Origin: Schizochytrium sp. TIO01 | Lineage: Eukaryota > Protista > Bigyra: Labyrinthulomycetes | Length of the DNA: 64,000 nucleotides | Assembly (NCBI GenBank): GCA_004764695.1 | Contig: SMSO01000034.1 | Location: 248,001-312,000, forward strand | Direction of reading: 5' to 3' | In this document: in pieces, positions 23,769 to 33,321 of the stretch | Numbering within the stretch: position 1 is the first letter of the stretch | Layout: the number at the start of each line of letters is the position of its first letter | Notes under the pieces: model-generated | What the model saw: only the letters and a program-made list of their open reading frames with translations | Database searches by the model: none | What the model was told of the DNA's origin: nothing | Translations under genes and position numbers: made by a program

Positions 23769-23905
23769 GGTCCAGAATAATCAGAAAGAGAATGCAAGAG
23801 TCCAGAGCTGCTCTGGGGAGCTCGATAGCTCCTGTATTTCGTGGTCCAAAATAATCAGAAAGAGAATACAAGAGTCCAGAGCTGCTCTGGGGAGCTCGAT
23901 AGCTC
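23769..23905. repeat. 74-bp-period tandem duplication upstream of the Rdx/IQ gene
   Basis: GGTCCA(G/A)AATAATCAGAAAGAGAAT(G/A)CAAGAGTCCAGAGCTGCTCTGGGGAGCTCGATAGCTC at 23769 and 23843. Confidence 0.9.
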
Positions 23906-24239
23906 TTGTGCTTTGTTTAATCTGCTAACACAAATCGTACAACTTGAGTTTCCTTACAGCAAGTTCAACAACCCTAGGTGATGATAATAAGTGTTGCCAC
24001 TTGTTTGATAATAGTAGATCTCCTCCTCTTCAATCTAGGCCTCAATCATTCCGCATGAGTGAAACTGGCGCCACGCTCCTTGTTTTGGTCAACTCAGAGG
24101 ATGGATTACATAGACCCGCCATTTGTACATGCAGGATAATATAATAAATAGTGCGGTCTTTTGTTTACGTTGAGAATACCTAGCAGCCCATGAGTGTTCC
24201 ACATGTTCTATATTTAGTCTACTGCCTGCTCCTAAGGAG

Positions 24240-24367
24240 TACGAACTGCTTAGGGTACATAAGTACTACTATATACTTAGTAGAGTGTATAAGAGCTATT
24301 CTGATATTCTGATATTATTATAAGAGCGCATAGGTACTCCTATACACTTAGTGGTTTGCATAAGTCT
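24240..24367. repeat. Left part of a degenerate ~30-bp quasi-palindromic minisatellite (transposon target)
   Basis: Units such as GTACATAAGTACTACTATATACTTAG and GCATAGGTACTCCTATACACTTAGTGGTTTGCATAAG. The array continues at 30604-30790. Confidence 0.7.
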
Positions 24368-27300
24368 GGCTCGTCTGCCATGCTGACAAAAGTCTCTCTT
24401 CCAAAAGAGCAAAAAACTCGCGCTTAGAACGCCTATGAATTAATATGGGAGACTCATTGGTGTTCTAGAACAGTGTTCTCAAGGGTGTTCTGGAACGGTG
24501 TTCTGTTCTTAGTTCTTATATATTATATGAGTCTAGCTAACAGTAACGGCGACTTGACTTGAAAACTCAGTCGCTGAAATCTGAGGCGCTTGAGCTTGAC
24601 TTTGACTTGACATTGCTTGGTTGGGATTTTTGATCGCAGCTAAGATTAAATTTAAATGCGTAGACCCCCTTGCGTCAGATCTGGCTGCCCAATAGACCTG
24701 TAAATATGAAATATTGTAAACCCTCCAGATTCCACGAACAATGTCCATCGCAAATGCCCTACGATAAACTTCATTCATATGTTCATCTTGAATTTCCTGG
24801 TGAGCAACTTCTTCAGCTACATCTCCACGCCATAAAGTATACATTAGAGTAGATACGTGATATCCGCAATCCACACCGTTTTTTTGGTTGCCTCGCCTAA
24901 TCTCGATCTCCCAGTCTTCAGCTCCAAAAAGACGGATGGCATCGCCAAATACTTTCATCACGTGGCTCGGTTCATGCAAGGTACTTAATGGGTCGTAAAA
25001 GACAACACGCGCTTGCCTTTGGTTAAAATAAAGAAGCTGCCAATGACTTCCTGTACAAAACGGTAGCATAACATATTCAATGACATCTGGAATATAGATT
25101 GACCTCGTTGAGGAGCTGTCCTTTTGAAAATGGCCTCTTGGTGTGGCATTTGCAATCGCATTGCATACAGACGATATAAACAAATCGTGTCGGTCATCTA
25201 CCGAACTTGTGAGGAATTGAAGTGCGGTGCTAGGTACAAATGCGGTTCCGTGACACTTCTTTCTTTCTGCAGGCTTCATAACGCGATTTTCTTCGCAGCA
25301 GGTAGCACACCATGCATCCATTGCATCCCCTTGCATCCATGATAAAGGTTCCCCGAAAGATTCGGGGTTAGTTGATTCGGAGCATGGCAAGTTCCCATGA
25401 GAGTCTAAGAACAGCCTTTGACACATGCCAAACTCTAGAAACGTATGATTCATAGTGATGTTGTTTGAATGAACAAAGTGTTTTCCACTTGTAAAAACAG
25501 AGTGCTTGGGAGAAATGGAGCTCTTCAGAAGACTGAACACCTTTGCTGAAGCTTTCCAGAACGCTGTGCATTTTGAGTTAAACGTTCGCACAGGTCCTCC
25601 TTGTCTTGGTTGCATTTTGACACCGCGTACATTTCCAACCTTGGGGACATCTACAGTATGTTCTTTAGGGGCTATCGCTTGAGCCCTTCTTTTTTCAGAC
25701 CCGAAAAAGTCTGTGGGTGGTAAACTGTCCAGGGCAGAAATTGTTGCTTCGCAGGTCTGAAGTTTGCACTCAGCGCCAAATGGCGTGGGGTGCCCTTCTC
25801 TTGGTGCATAGCAAGACTGACAGTACTTGCACTTGCTCAGATTTTCAGGAGCTCGCCAGATGCTCTTTCGTTTACTTTTCAAATGCTTGAATTGGAAAAA
25901 GGTTTGTTGAGGTGCAAGGGGGAAGTTCTTCGTCATAATTGACCTCAACTCTGCTGTGTCAAATCGTTCCAGAGAGGGATGCCGAGAGAGGAGTTCTTCG
26001 TTTATGATGTTCGCTTCCAGATTGCAACGTGTTGAATAGTCCAGCTCTCTGATACTTTCCAATAGATGCAAGGGATGCACCAAAGCACCATCTGCAGTAA
26101 CAGGTACGTCGACCAATGGCTCAGTCATGTGCTCTAACTTGGACGCTAGCATTAGTTTTCGATTTTTGGCAGAAATGCTATCTCTCTGATTCAGAAAATC
26201 TGCATATTGCCTGAGTAGGAACGCCGTCTTTGGTTTCAGATATTCCCTCAAGTCGCCCGGATGAGAGATCTGCACGGAATCAAGCTTCGGAAGGAAAAGA
26301 CCGTCAAGATCCCCTGCAGGACAAGCGTATCGATTCCACAACTGTGCAAAGCTTTCGAAGCTGTTAGACAGAATGGGCGCAGCTTTTCGATTGAAGTTTT
26401 TGGTTTTAAGAAGATATAAATAAAAGTCTTGCTCCACTTTGTCCTGCTGTTCGGGCTTACCTTTCATTTTGAATGGGCAAGGCGTGCTAGCTCCTATGAG
26501 GTCCTTGGGGCGAGGTCTGGCCCAACCAGAGCCTTTTATGCCGCAAGTTGTATAAGATGCCGACAGTACTTGCTGCTGCTTCTTCCTACATTCCACCGTT
26601 TGCTCGGCATCATCCCCACTATTTTCGCTGAGAACTCTCTCCCACGAGACGTCATCAGTCAGAGAGGTTCCAGATCGATTTGGCAAAGGATCTTCACAGA
26701 ATGCAATCCAACGGGTACGGTCAGGCCTTGCCTCTTCGGCAGGGAACAAGCCTTTTTTTACCCTTGGCGCAGAAGCAAGCTGCGCTTTTGGAAGATTTGT
26801 AATATTTTTTCGAACAGAACATCCAATGTGCAGATGAATATCAGCGTTTGAGCTACCAACCACTAATTCTGATATTGGGTCATCCTCGTGTTCAGGCGGT
26901 TCTAACTGTACGCACGATATTTTGATCCTTTCTTTAAATTCCTCAGAATCAGAGTCTGTACTTATACAATCTTCAAGAATTTCTACACAAGTTGAAAGGA
27001 CTCTCTGAACACCAATATCACCTTGAGGTTCAGGCTTGTCACCGTTCTCTCCTTTAGTGAAAAGGCTGCCGTTTACTAGTATATTCATTGCTATCAGGCG
27101 CAAGCTGATGTGGTCTTTCAATTTTTTATCGATGCCAGCCTCGTCGAGGACTGATCGATCTGTTTCGGTGGGTACCCCTCCTCCCGTTAGTTTTCGAAGA
27201 ACTTTCTGGAGGTAACTTATGGCTTTTCTTTTATGTTCTGGTCGTGCGAGAGCTTTTGCAAAGGCAAATATCACAGCAATGGCTTGCTCTACGGCATGCG

Positions 27301-30300
27301 CCAGTGTTGAGTTCTCCGTGCTGTCGAAGAAAATCGGCACCACAGTGGCTCGCGTCCTCATTATATGATTAGACTCCAAAACAGAACCAACACTTGGCAT
27401 CATGCTGAATCCCATATGTAAGTCATGAGAAACGCACAAAGGCAGTCGTGCATCTGGATAAGGGAGCTCATTATGCTCGATTTTACCATTGAACGCATCA
27501 TTGACGAGGGAGTTTATCGTGAGGTGGTGGCTGAATGGTTGGTGAATTAAATACGAAGGTAAACCTTTTATCTCAATCATTCTGGAACGATTGTATTTAG
27601 CAACCACTTTGGTGAGTAGCGCGTCAGCACGAACAATACCAATGGTAGCACTTGCAACAGCCTGGTTCAACATACGATGGAACACCTCATTTGCATTAGT
27701 ACCTCTATTTCCCACAAGATGATTTTTGCCATTGATTTTAGTCTGTAGAACGAGACCTGGAGGGTCGCTCAAGCAGCCCTTATGAACATGTTCAAAAAGG
27801 CCTGCAATATACTTGTCTAGGCCAACCCCTGTGGCGGTCTTAGATAAAAATAATCCATGCCGAAACCCATTTGGATAGGGTCCGAAATGTTCTACACAAG
27901 CGTTACCAGATCTTGGTTTGCAACGCTCTCGTACGCGATGAAGCAGGTCAGCACTGAGATCCATCTTCGAGTTCATAATATAGTGAGTCTTAAAAACTTC
28001 CATGATGCGCTTATATAGAACCTCTGGTTGTGGGATTCGGGTTTCAACAGCTTGATTGATAAGCCGATCTTTTGTGAAGTTGCTCTTACTCTTATGTTCC
28101 TGTTGAACCTGCTTCACTCGCTTGTGGTCGCGCTGAAGAACAGCGTTTGCTAATGCAGTCATGAATGCAGTACGAGGTGCTCGGCTTTCGTTGCTGCTTT
28201 TCACCATTATTTGCTCCCAACGCTTGAGCCAGTGAAACAAATCGAGCTTGATGGGGACTCCCTTGAAAATTTGTGATAGGCATTTATTTAATTTTCCACA
28301 ACATGTATCTGTCCAAATACATTCAGGCCGGTAATCCCGACCATGCATTTCCTGGCGTAGCTTGACGAATCGTCCTAAAGCTTCTCTTATTTCCCTCTCG
28401 TTCTCACTGTTCGCCAACCCACAATAGAATATAATCTGGTTGTGTTCGTTACTGATTGTGAGTAGGGCTTGATATGGCTGGTATATCCTAAAGGATTTGT
28501 CTTGGTCTTGGAATCGAAGTTTACAGCGCTCGGGAAACCGGAACGTGCAATCGATAGCGATATACCTGGCGCTGTATGACGCAATTTCGCGAAGCAAAGG
28601 TCTTGCCTCTCCTTTAAACTGGTCAATACATAATTCGTCGAGAAATTTGGAGCTTAATCGATATCCGTTGTACTCCATGTCGAAGTTGCCAAAATTTTCA
28701 GGAGCCGTGATTGATTTCTCTTGCGTTTCTTCTTCATTTGAGCACGATGCTGATTGATTTGTCTGGTCGACCTGTTTGCTCGCTTGCTCAGCTGCTTGCT
28801 CGGCAGATTCTTTATTGATCTTGTCTCGGGCAAGTCGCTCGTTGCGCTGCTGGATAACCATTCGAGCATACTCCACGCTCAGTAAGTCCTTTTCTCGGAG
28901 TATCTGGTTGATTGTAGTCTCCAAAAGTTCTTTCCAACCCTCTATAACCCTCGTTCGGTCCCTCTCACGTCGAGCAGTGCTGAGTTGCTTGATTTTCTCG
29001 CCGTTTTTTGTATCTAGGATGTTCTTAAGCTCATGGAAGACATCAACAACTGTAGAGATATTGAGAGCAGACTTTAGGATTTTAATCTTTTTTTCTCCCA
29101 AACTCTTGATTTGCTTTAAATCAAATTCCAGTAATTCACGAGCAGCCGTCTCCTTTCTCAAAACCTCAGCAGAACATTTTTCGGGCTGGAATTGAATCTT
29201 AGATTTGAGCGTATTTGTCGAGTTCACTGCTTGCTTTTGAAAAAAACTTGGGATTGTATTGGGGCCAGCTTCATCGAAGCGCCGAGTGTGTTCTCCTAAG
29301 CTTGATGCATAGTAAAAGTACTCTAGACGATTATGGTTCCGTACCTGAGCCTCATTGAAAGCATCTGCAGCCCACGCGGGACTTTTCAACCACAATTGGC
29401 TGAGACGTTGGCTAACCTCTGTTTCAATCCCGTGGCGTGGGGTTAAGGTCAGGCCAAAGCGTATCCGTACGTCAGCAGGGCACAAACGAAGAACATCCTC
29501 ACTTGTATTGCGAAACTCTTTATTGCACTTTTTACATTTATACTTTCGAGCCACGAGAAACCAATTTGCAGTCGCACCAGCAATCTCTCGGTAATTTGGT
29601 GCCCAGAAGCCATCGTCACCAGAGACGCTGACAAGAGGTTCACCCAAATGCGCTTTTTGGTTGCAGTATGGACATGGCATGCGATTGTTCATCGACGCAT
29701 ACATTTTTGCTGGATGCCATAACCCAACGCTGCGCTGGTGAAAGTACTCTGGTGCAATTTGTTGACCTCTTTTTACTTTCGGCAGTTTGGGTTTCTGGAG
29801 CCAAGTGATTGTCCCATCAGGAACAATGTCGTACAGGGACTGGCATGTTTTGATATCCATTTTATCAAGTGTGTCTTTGCAGCTGTCGATAAATTTTTGT
29901 TGGATTAAGGTGATCGTAGTCTCGCGCTTCTCCTCATCTACATTAGCGCTTTCATTTAAGCCTTCCAGATCCTTTCTGATATCCTCATGACTCAAGGATT
30001 CCTGATCATTGTCCCCGGGAGTGGCTGTCGCCTGGCGAAGCTTGCAACGTGATGAAAATTGCATCATTTTCGTGTTTGATGTTTACCTCGTTGTTGAGTT
30101 TCGCTACCTCAAAGTATCATTTAATATGCCCTGATCATCCAGTGAATATTTCCAAGTCTCTTTGCACATGTATTCGAGCCCAAGGAATACGAGCTTAACC
30201 ACCATCAAAGTCCAGTATTAAATTGCATCAGTGAAACGTCGGCGTAGTATTCGTTGAGGTGGATGTGCCAGTTTACCAGAAATATGTAACATCCTTGTGA

Positions 30301-30603
30301 GGAGACCCAGTGGTGATACACTTAATTATTTTCAGTGGAATTAGAGGAAGATTATCACTGAGTGTTCTTGCTAAAACCAGTAACAAAATTCATAAAGAGT
30401 TTTAAATTAAAAGCTAAATGTCATGCCGCGTCCCACAGTTAAAGCCATATATCTTATAAAATGCATATCAAAAAACTCGCCAACACAATGATTTTGTGAG
30501 GAAAAGTAGAATTTCCCCCCAGATTTTCGCCTGTTCTCTCCTATGTTCTCTCCCCCCCCCGCGAGTTTTTTTTTTGAGCTCACGTCAGCATGGCAGATGA
30601 GCC
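24368..30603 (-). mobile_element. Autonomous cut-and-paste DNA transposon, 6236 bp, 20-bp TIRs, 8-bp TSD
   Basis: Left TIR GGCTCGTCTGCCATGCTGAC (24368-24387) and right TIR GTCAGCATGGCAGATGAGCC (30584-30603) match at 19/20. ATAAGTCT flanks both ends (24360-24367, 30604-30611). Subterminal CAAAAAACTCGC motifs. Confidence 0.92.
24533..30067 (-). CDS. 1844-aa transposase: DUF6729-like Zn domain, DDE/D core, Ulp1/C48 cysteine protease
   Basis: N-terminal LWHP...CPYC...YKCKKC...FGLTLT. Putative triad IAIDCTF / IWTDTCC / GTNANEVFH with a DxxH motif (LDLFHW). C-terminal GSHWQLL, FYDPL and QKNGVDCG give an H-D-C protease triad. Confidence 0.85.
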   Translation of the reverse strand: MMQFSSRCKLRQATATPGDNDQESLSHEDIRKDLEGLNESANVDEEKRETTITLIQQKFIDSCKDTLDKMDIKTCQSLYDIVPDGTITWLQKPKLPKVKRGQQIAPEYFHQRSVGLWHPAKMYASMNNRMPCPYCNQKAHLGEPLVSVSGDDGFWAPNYREIAGATANWFLVARKYKCKKCNKEFRNTSEDVLRLCPADVRIRFGLTLTPRHGIETEVSQRLSQLWLKSPAWAADAFNEAQVRNHNRLEYFYYASSLGEHTRRFDEAGPNTIPSFFQKQAVNSTNTLKSKIQFQPEKCSAEVLRKETAARELLEFDLKQIKSLGEKKIKILKSALNISTVVDVFHELKNILDTKNGEKIKQLSTARRERDRTRVIEGWKELLETTINQILREKDLLSVEYARMVIQQRNERLARDKINKESAEQAAEQASKQVDQTNQSASCSNEEETQEKSITAPENFGNFDMEYNGYRLSSKFLDELCIDQFKGEARPLLREIASYSARYIAIDCTFRFPERCKLRFQDQDKSFRIYQPYQALLTISNEHNQIIFYCGLANSENEREIREALGRFVKLRQEMHGRDYRPECIWTDTCCGKLNKCLSQIFKGVPIKLDLFHWLKRWEQIMVKSSNESRAPRTAFMTALANAVLQRDHKRVKQVQQEHKSKSNFTKDRLINQAVETRIPQPEVLYKRIMEVFKTHYIMNSKMDLSADLLHRVRERCKPRSGNACVEHFGPYPNGFRHGLFLSKTATGVGLDKYIAGLFEHVHKGCLSDPPGLVLQTKINGKNHLVGNRGTNANEVFHRMLNQAVASATIGIVRADALLTKVVAKYNRSRMIEIKGLPSYLIHQPFSHHLTINSLVNDAFNGKIEHNELPYPDARLPLCVSHDLHMGFSMMPSVGSVLESNHIMRTRATVVPIFFDSTENSTLAHAVEQAIAVIFAFAKALARPEHKRKAISYLQKVLRKLTGGGVPTETDRSVLDEAGIDKKLKDHISLRLIAMNILVNGSLFTKGENGDKPEPQGDIGVQRVLSTCVEILEDCISTDSDSEEFKERIKISCVQLEPPEHEDDPISELVVGSSNADIHLHIGCSVRKNITNLPKAQLASAPRVKKGLFPAEEARPDRTRWIAFCEDPLPNRSGTSLTDDVSWERVLSENSGDDAEQTVECRKKQQQVLSASYTTCGIKGSGWARPRPKDLIGASTPCPFKMKGKPEQQDKVEQDFYLYLLKTKNFNRKAAPILSNSFESFAQLWNRYACPAGDLDGLFLPKLDSVQISHPGDLREYLKPKTAFLLRQYADFLNQRDSISAKNRKLMLASKLEHMTEPLVDVPVTADGALVHPLHLLESIRELDYSTRCNLEANIINEELLSRHPSLERFDTAELRSIMTKNFPLAPQQTFFQFKHLKSKRKSIWRAPENLSKCKYCQSCYAPREGHPTPFGAECKLQTCEATISALDSLPPTDFFGSEKRRAQAIAPKEHTVDVPKVGNVRGVKMQPRQGGPVRTFNSKCTAFWKASAKVFSLLKSSISPKHSVFTSGKHFVHSNNITMNHTFLEFGMCQRLFLDSHGNLPCSESTNPESFGEPLSWMQGDAMDAWCATCCEENRVMKPAERKKCHGTAFVPSTALQFLTSSVDDRHDLFISSVCNAIANATPRGHFQKDSSSTRSIYIPDVIEYVMLPFCTGSHWQLLYFNQRQARVVFYDPLSTLHEPSHVMKVFGDAIRLFGAEDWEIEIRRGNQKNGVDCGYHVSTLMYTLWRGDVAEEVAHQEIQDEHMNEVYRRAFAMDIVRGIWRVYNISYLQVYWAARSDARGSTHLNLILAAIKNPNQAMSSQSQAQAPQISATEFSSQVAVTVS

Positions 30604-30790
30604 ATAAGTCTTATGTGATTAGTATAGTACATAGTTATTCTTAGGCACTTAATATGGTACATAAGTACTCCTATGTACCTAGTGGTTTGCATAAGTGCTC
30701 TTATGTACTTAGTATCGTACATAGCTATTCTTATTACGTTCTTTTAAGAGTACATAAGTACTCTTATATGATTAGTAGCGTACATATCTA
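30604..30790. repeat. Right part of the ~30-bp quasi-palindromic minisatellite
   Basis: GTACATAAGTACTCCTATGTACCTAG, GCATAAGTGCTCTTATGTACTTAG, GTACATAAGTACTCTTATATGATTAG. Confidence 0.75.
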
Positions 30791-32044
30791 CCTACCTACG
30801 AGCAAACAGTAATGCAAGTCCGAGCCGCAAGCACTTGAAGACCGTCGAGAACATACCAGAAAATAATCTCTCAAAGAACCAGCGTGTTGAGGTTTCCCTA
30901 CCTCAAGGGTATGATTGAACTACCAATATCACAGATCCATTACTACTAAGTTCAAATAACCAGTCTTCCACAGAAAAAATAATTAATTCGAAGTACACGA
31001 CGTTTTCTTTGACCCAATACTACCTTGGTCAATCATTTCCCATGCACTGACTTTTAAAATATGAATCGGACAGGATTATGAATATCATTTGTATGCAATG
31101 CTCATCCTAGCGCCTTGGAGTACATCGAGGGATTTAGCCCAAGACTTTCAAAAACATTGGGGCTCTTCTGATGCGATAGGTCAACATTCAAGCCAAAACA
31201 TTCTTATGGTAGTATCGCTCTGCTAATCTCTGTCTGGGTGACGCCATTACTGAAGGTGGCCATCAGAAATAAGAAAACAATCAGGGCTGTGAAAATTCAT
31301 GCAATGCTCCTATCTTTCATGCTATCATGATCAATTTCGGAAATCGTGTCCGCCAGCTTTTCATATAATCTCCACATGAAATCAGGGGTAACAGAGGTCT
31401 TGGTAGTAAACATTCCACACGAACATATTTTCCTTCTTTACCAACTCCTCCTTCATCAACATCGTCGCATCCAAATATTGATCGAACAGCTAGCGACTAT
31501 GTGCAGAGAAAATCCAAGTCCCATTCCTCTCAGGCAGGCGTGATTTCACACACCATAATAATCGTCATCATCTTGATAGACCATACATGAATAATGCCTT
31601 GCCGGTATGGGAGCCCTCATCCTTGTACTACTATCCTAGCAACAGTATTATTAGTGCTACAGCCGCTATGCATTGCCAGTCATTGGCGCTAAACGGAAAG
31701 GTGTGCGTTTGCGCGGTGTGCGAACCTTGGGCTGACCAAGATTGGGATTTGCTGGAGGTGAAATTGGGGCTCACCATTATTTGGGATGAGGAAATGTAAC
31801 AAAGGCGGGAGCGACTCTATTTGGGATCAGTTGTGAGAGAGGAGTGAGGACGATGAAATTAAATTTTATTTTTTATAGTTTATTTTATTTTAGAAAGAAA
31901 GAGGACAAAGAGTAAATGTATGATTGTTTTAGATTCAAGTACTTTTAATTAAATGAGCGAGTTTCTATGTTTAAAAATTGGAGAGAGGAGCTGGAGCACG
32001 GGGTTGTGATAGGGGAGCGCCGGGTTGGCAAGCACCTTCGGCAT

Positions 32045-32640
32045 GGAGGTCAGAGATGAGTGACGATGGTATCAGCGGTAGTAGAGTTGTTCTTTTTAGT
32101 TTTTGTTCAGAAATGAGCGACTTTAAATCAATGGTAACAAGGAATGCGAGTAATAAAATCTGGCGGTAGATTGCAAATGCAAGCGCGGAAGGGATCAGGA
32201 TGGAGGGTGAGTGGATTCAAGCGCGGTTTGTTTATTTTGCAGGTCAAGAATGAGTGACGATGATGTTGGCGCAATGGATGTAGTAGGTATGTGTACGTCC
32301 AAGAGTAAAAAGAAAAGTAAAATTAAAAAGTAAATCATTTGTGGTGAATGTGGAAATCTGTCTCGCTGGTGATTGTAGGAAGGCATTGGGGTGGAAGTAA
32401 ATTGCAGGCGCGTTTGATCTGCAGGTCAAAAATGAGTGACGATGGAGTTGGTGTAATTAATTAATGTATGTGTAAAAAGAAAAGTGAAAGTAAAAAGTAA
32501 GTCATTCGTTCGTGTTGAATGTGAAAGTTTGTCTCGTCGCTGGTGATTGCAGGAAGGCATTGGGGTGGAAGTAAATTGCAGGTGCGTTTGATCTGCAGGT
32601 CAAAAATGAGTGACGATGATGGTGGAGTTGGTTCCAAAGT
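32045..32640. repeat. Degenerate ~175-195-bp tandem repeat, about 3.3 copies
   Basis: AGGTCA..(G/A)ATGAGTGACGATG recurs near 32045, 32239, 32421 and 32595. AGGAAGGCATTGGGGTGGAAGTAAATTGCAGG occurs twice. Confidence 0.8.
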
Positions 32641-33090
32641 AAAAGGAAAGATGAAACAAAAAAAGTCACTCGTCATGAATGGGGAAAAAAATCACCTGTG
32701 GCAAGCGATTCGAGGCTCAATAGATAGAATGGAAGGCAACACCATGTACGTTTGGTATGATCGTGATGAAGCTGGATGCTGGATGATAAAACCACGCTTC
32801 TGGGTCTTCAAGTATTTCCTGTGGCGAAAGAGAAAAATAAAGTTGGCGGGTGACAACCGACAGGCGCGATGTAACGAAATAACTTTCCAATGCGGTTGAT
32901 GCGGGAGTCAGCTTGCAGTCTCGGTTGCACTGCACATCTTGTATTCCAAGAAAGGTATTCATACCTACATCGTCACGATTGTAGTTTTCATTTCATTTCA
33001 TTTTCTGAGGCTTTCGCAAAGAGTGACGAAACGATTTATCATGAGGCATCATGCATGTGAGGGGAAAATGTTGGTTAGTACTTTCATTAA

Positions 33091-33321
33091 AATAAATAAA
33101 TAAATAAATAAATAAACAAACAAACAAACAAACAAACAAACAAACAAACAAACAAACAAACAAACAAACAAACAAACAAACAAACAAACAAACAAACAAA
33201 CAAACAAACAAACAAACAAACAAACAAACAAACAAACAAACAAACAAACAAACAAACAAACAAACAAACAAACAAACAAACAAACAAACAAACAAACAAA
33301 CAAACAAACAAACAAACAAAC
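33091..33321. repeat. Compound (TAAA)n(CAAA)n microsatellite, ~230 bp
   Basis: Perfect tetranucleotide runs. Confidence 0.98.

Noticed and set aside
30850-31700. Coding-like sequence right of the transposon
   Set aside because: Stops in all frames and no recognisable motif. It may be a dead gene, but that cannot be supported.
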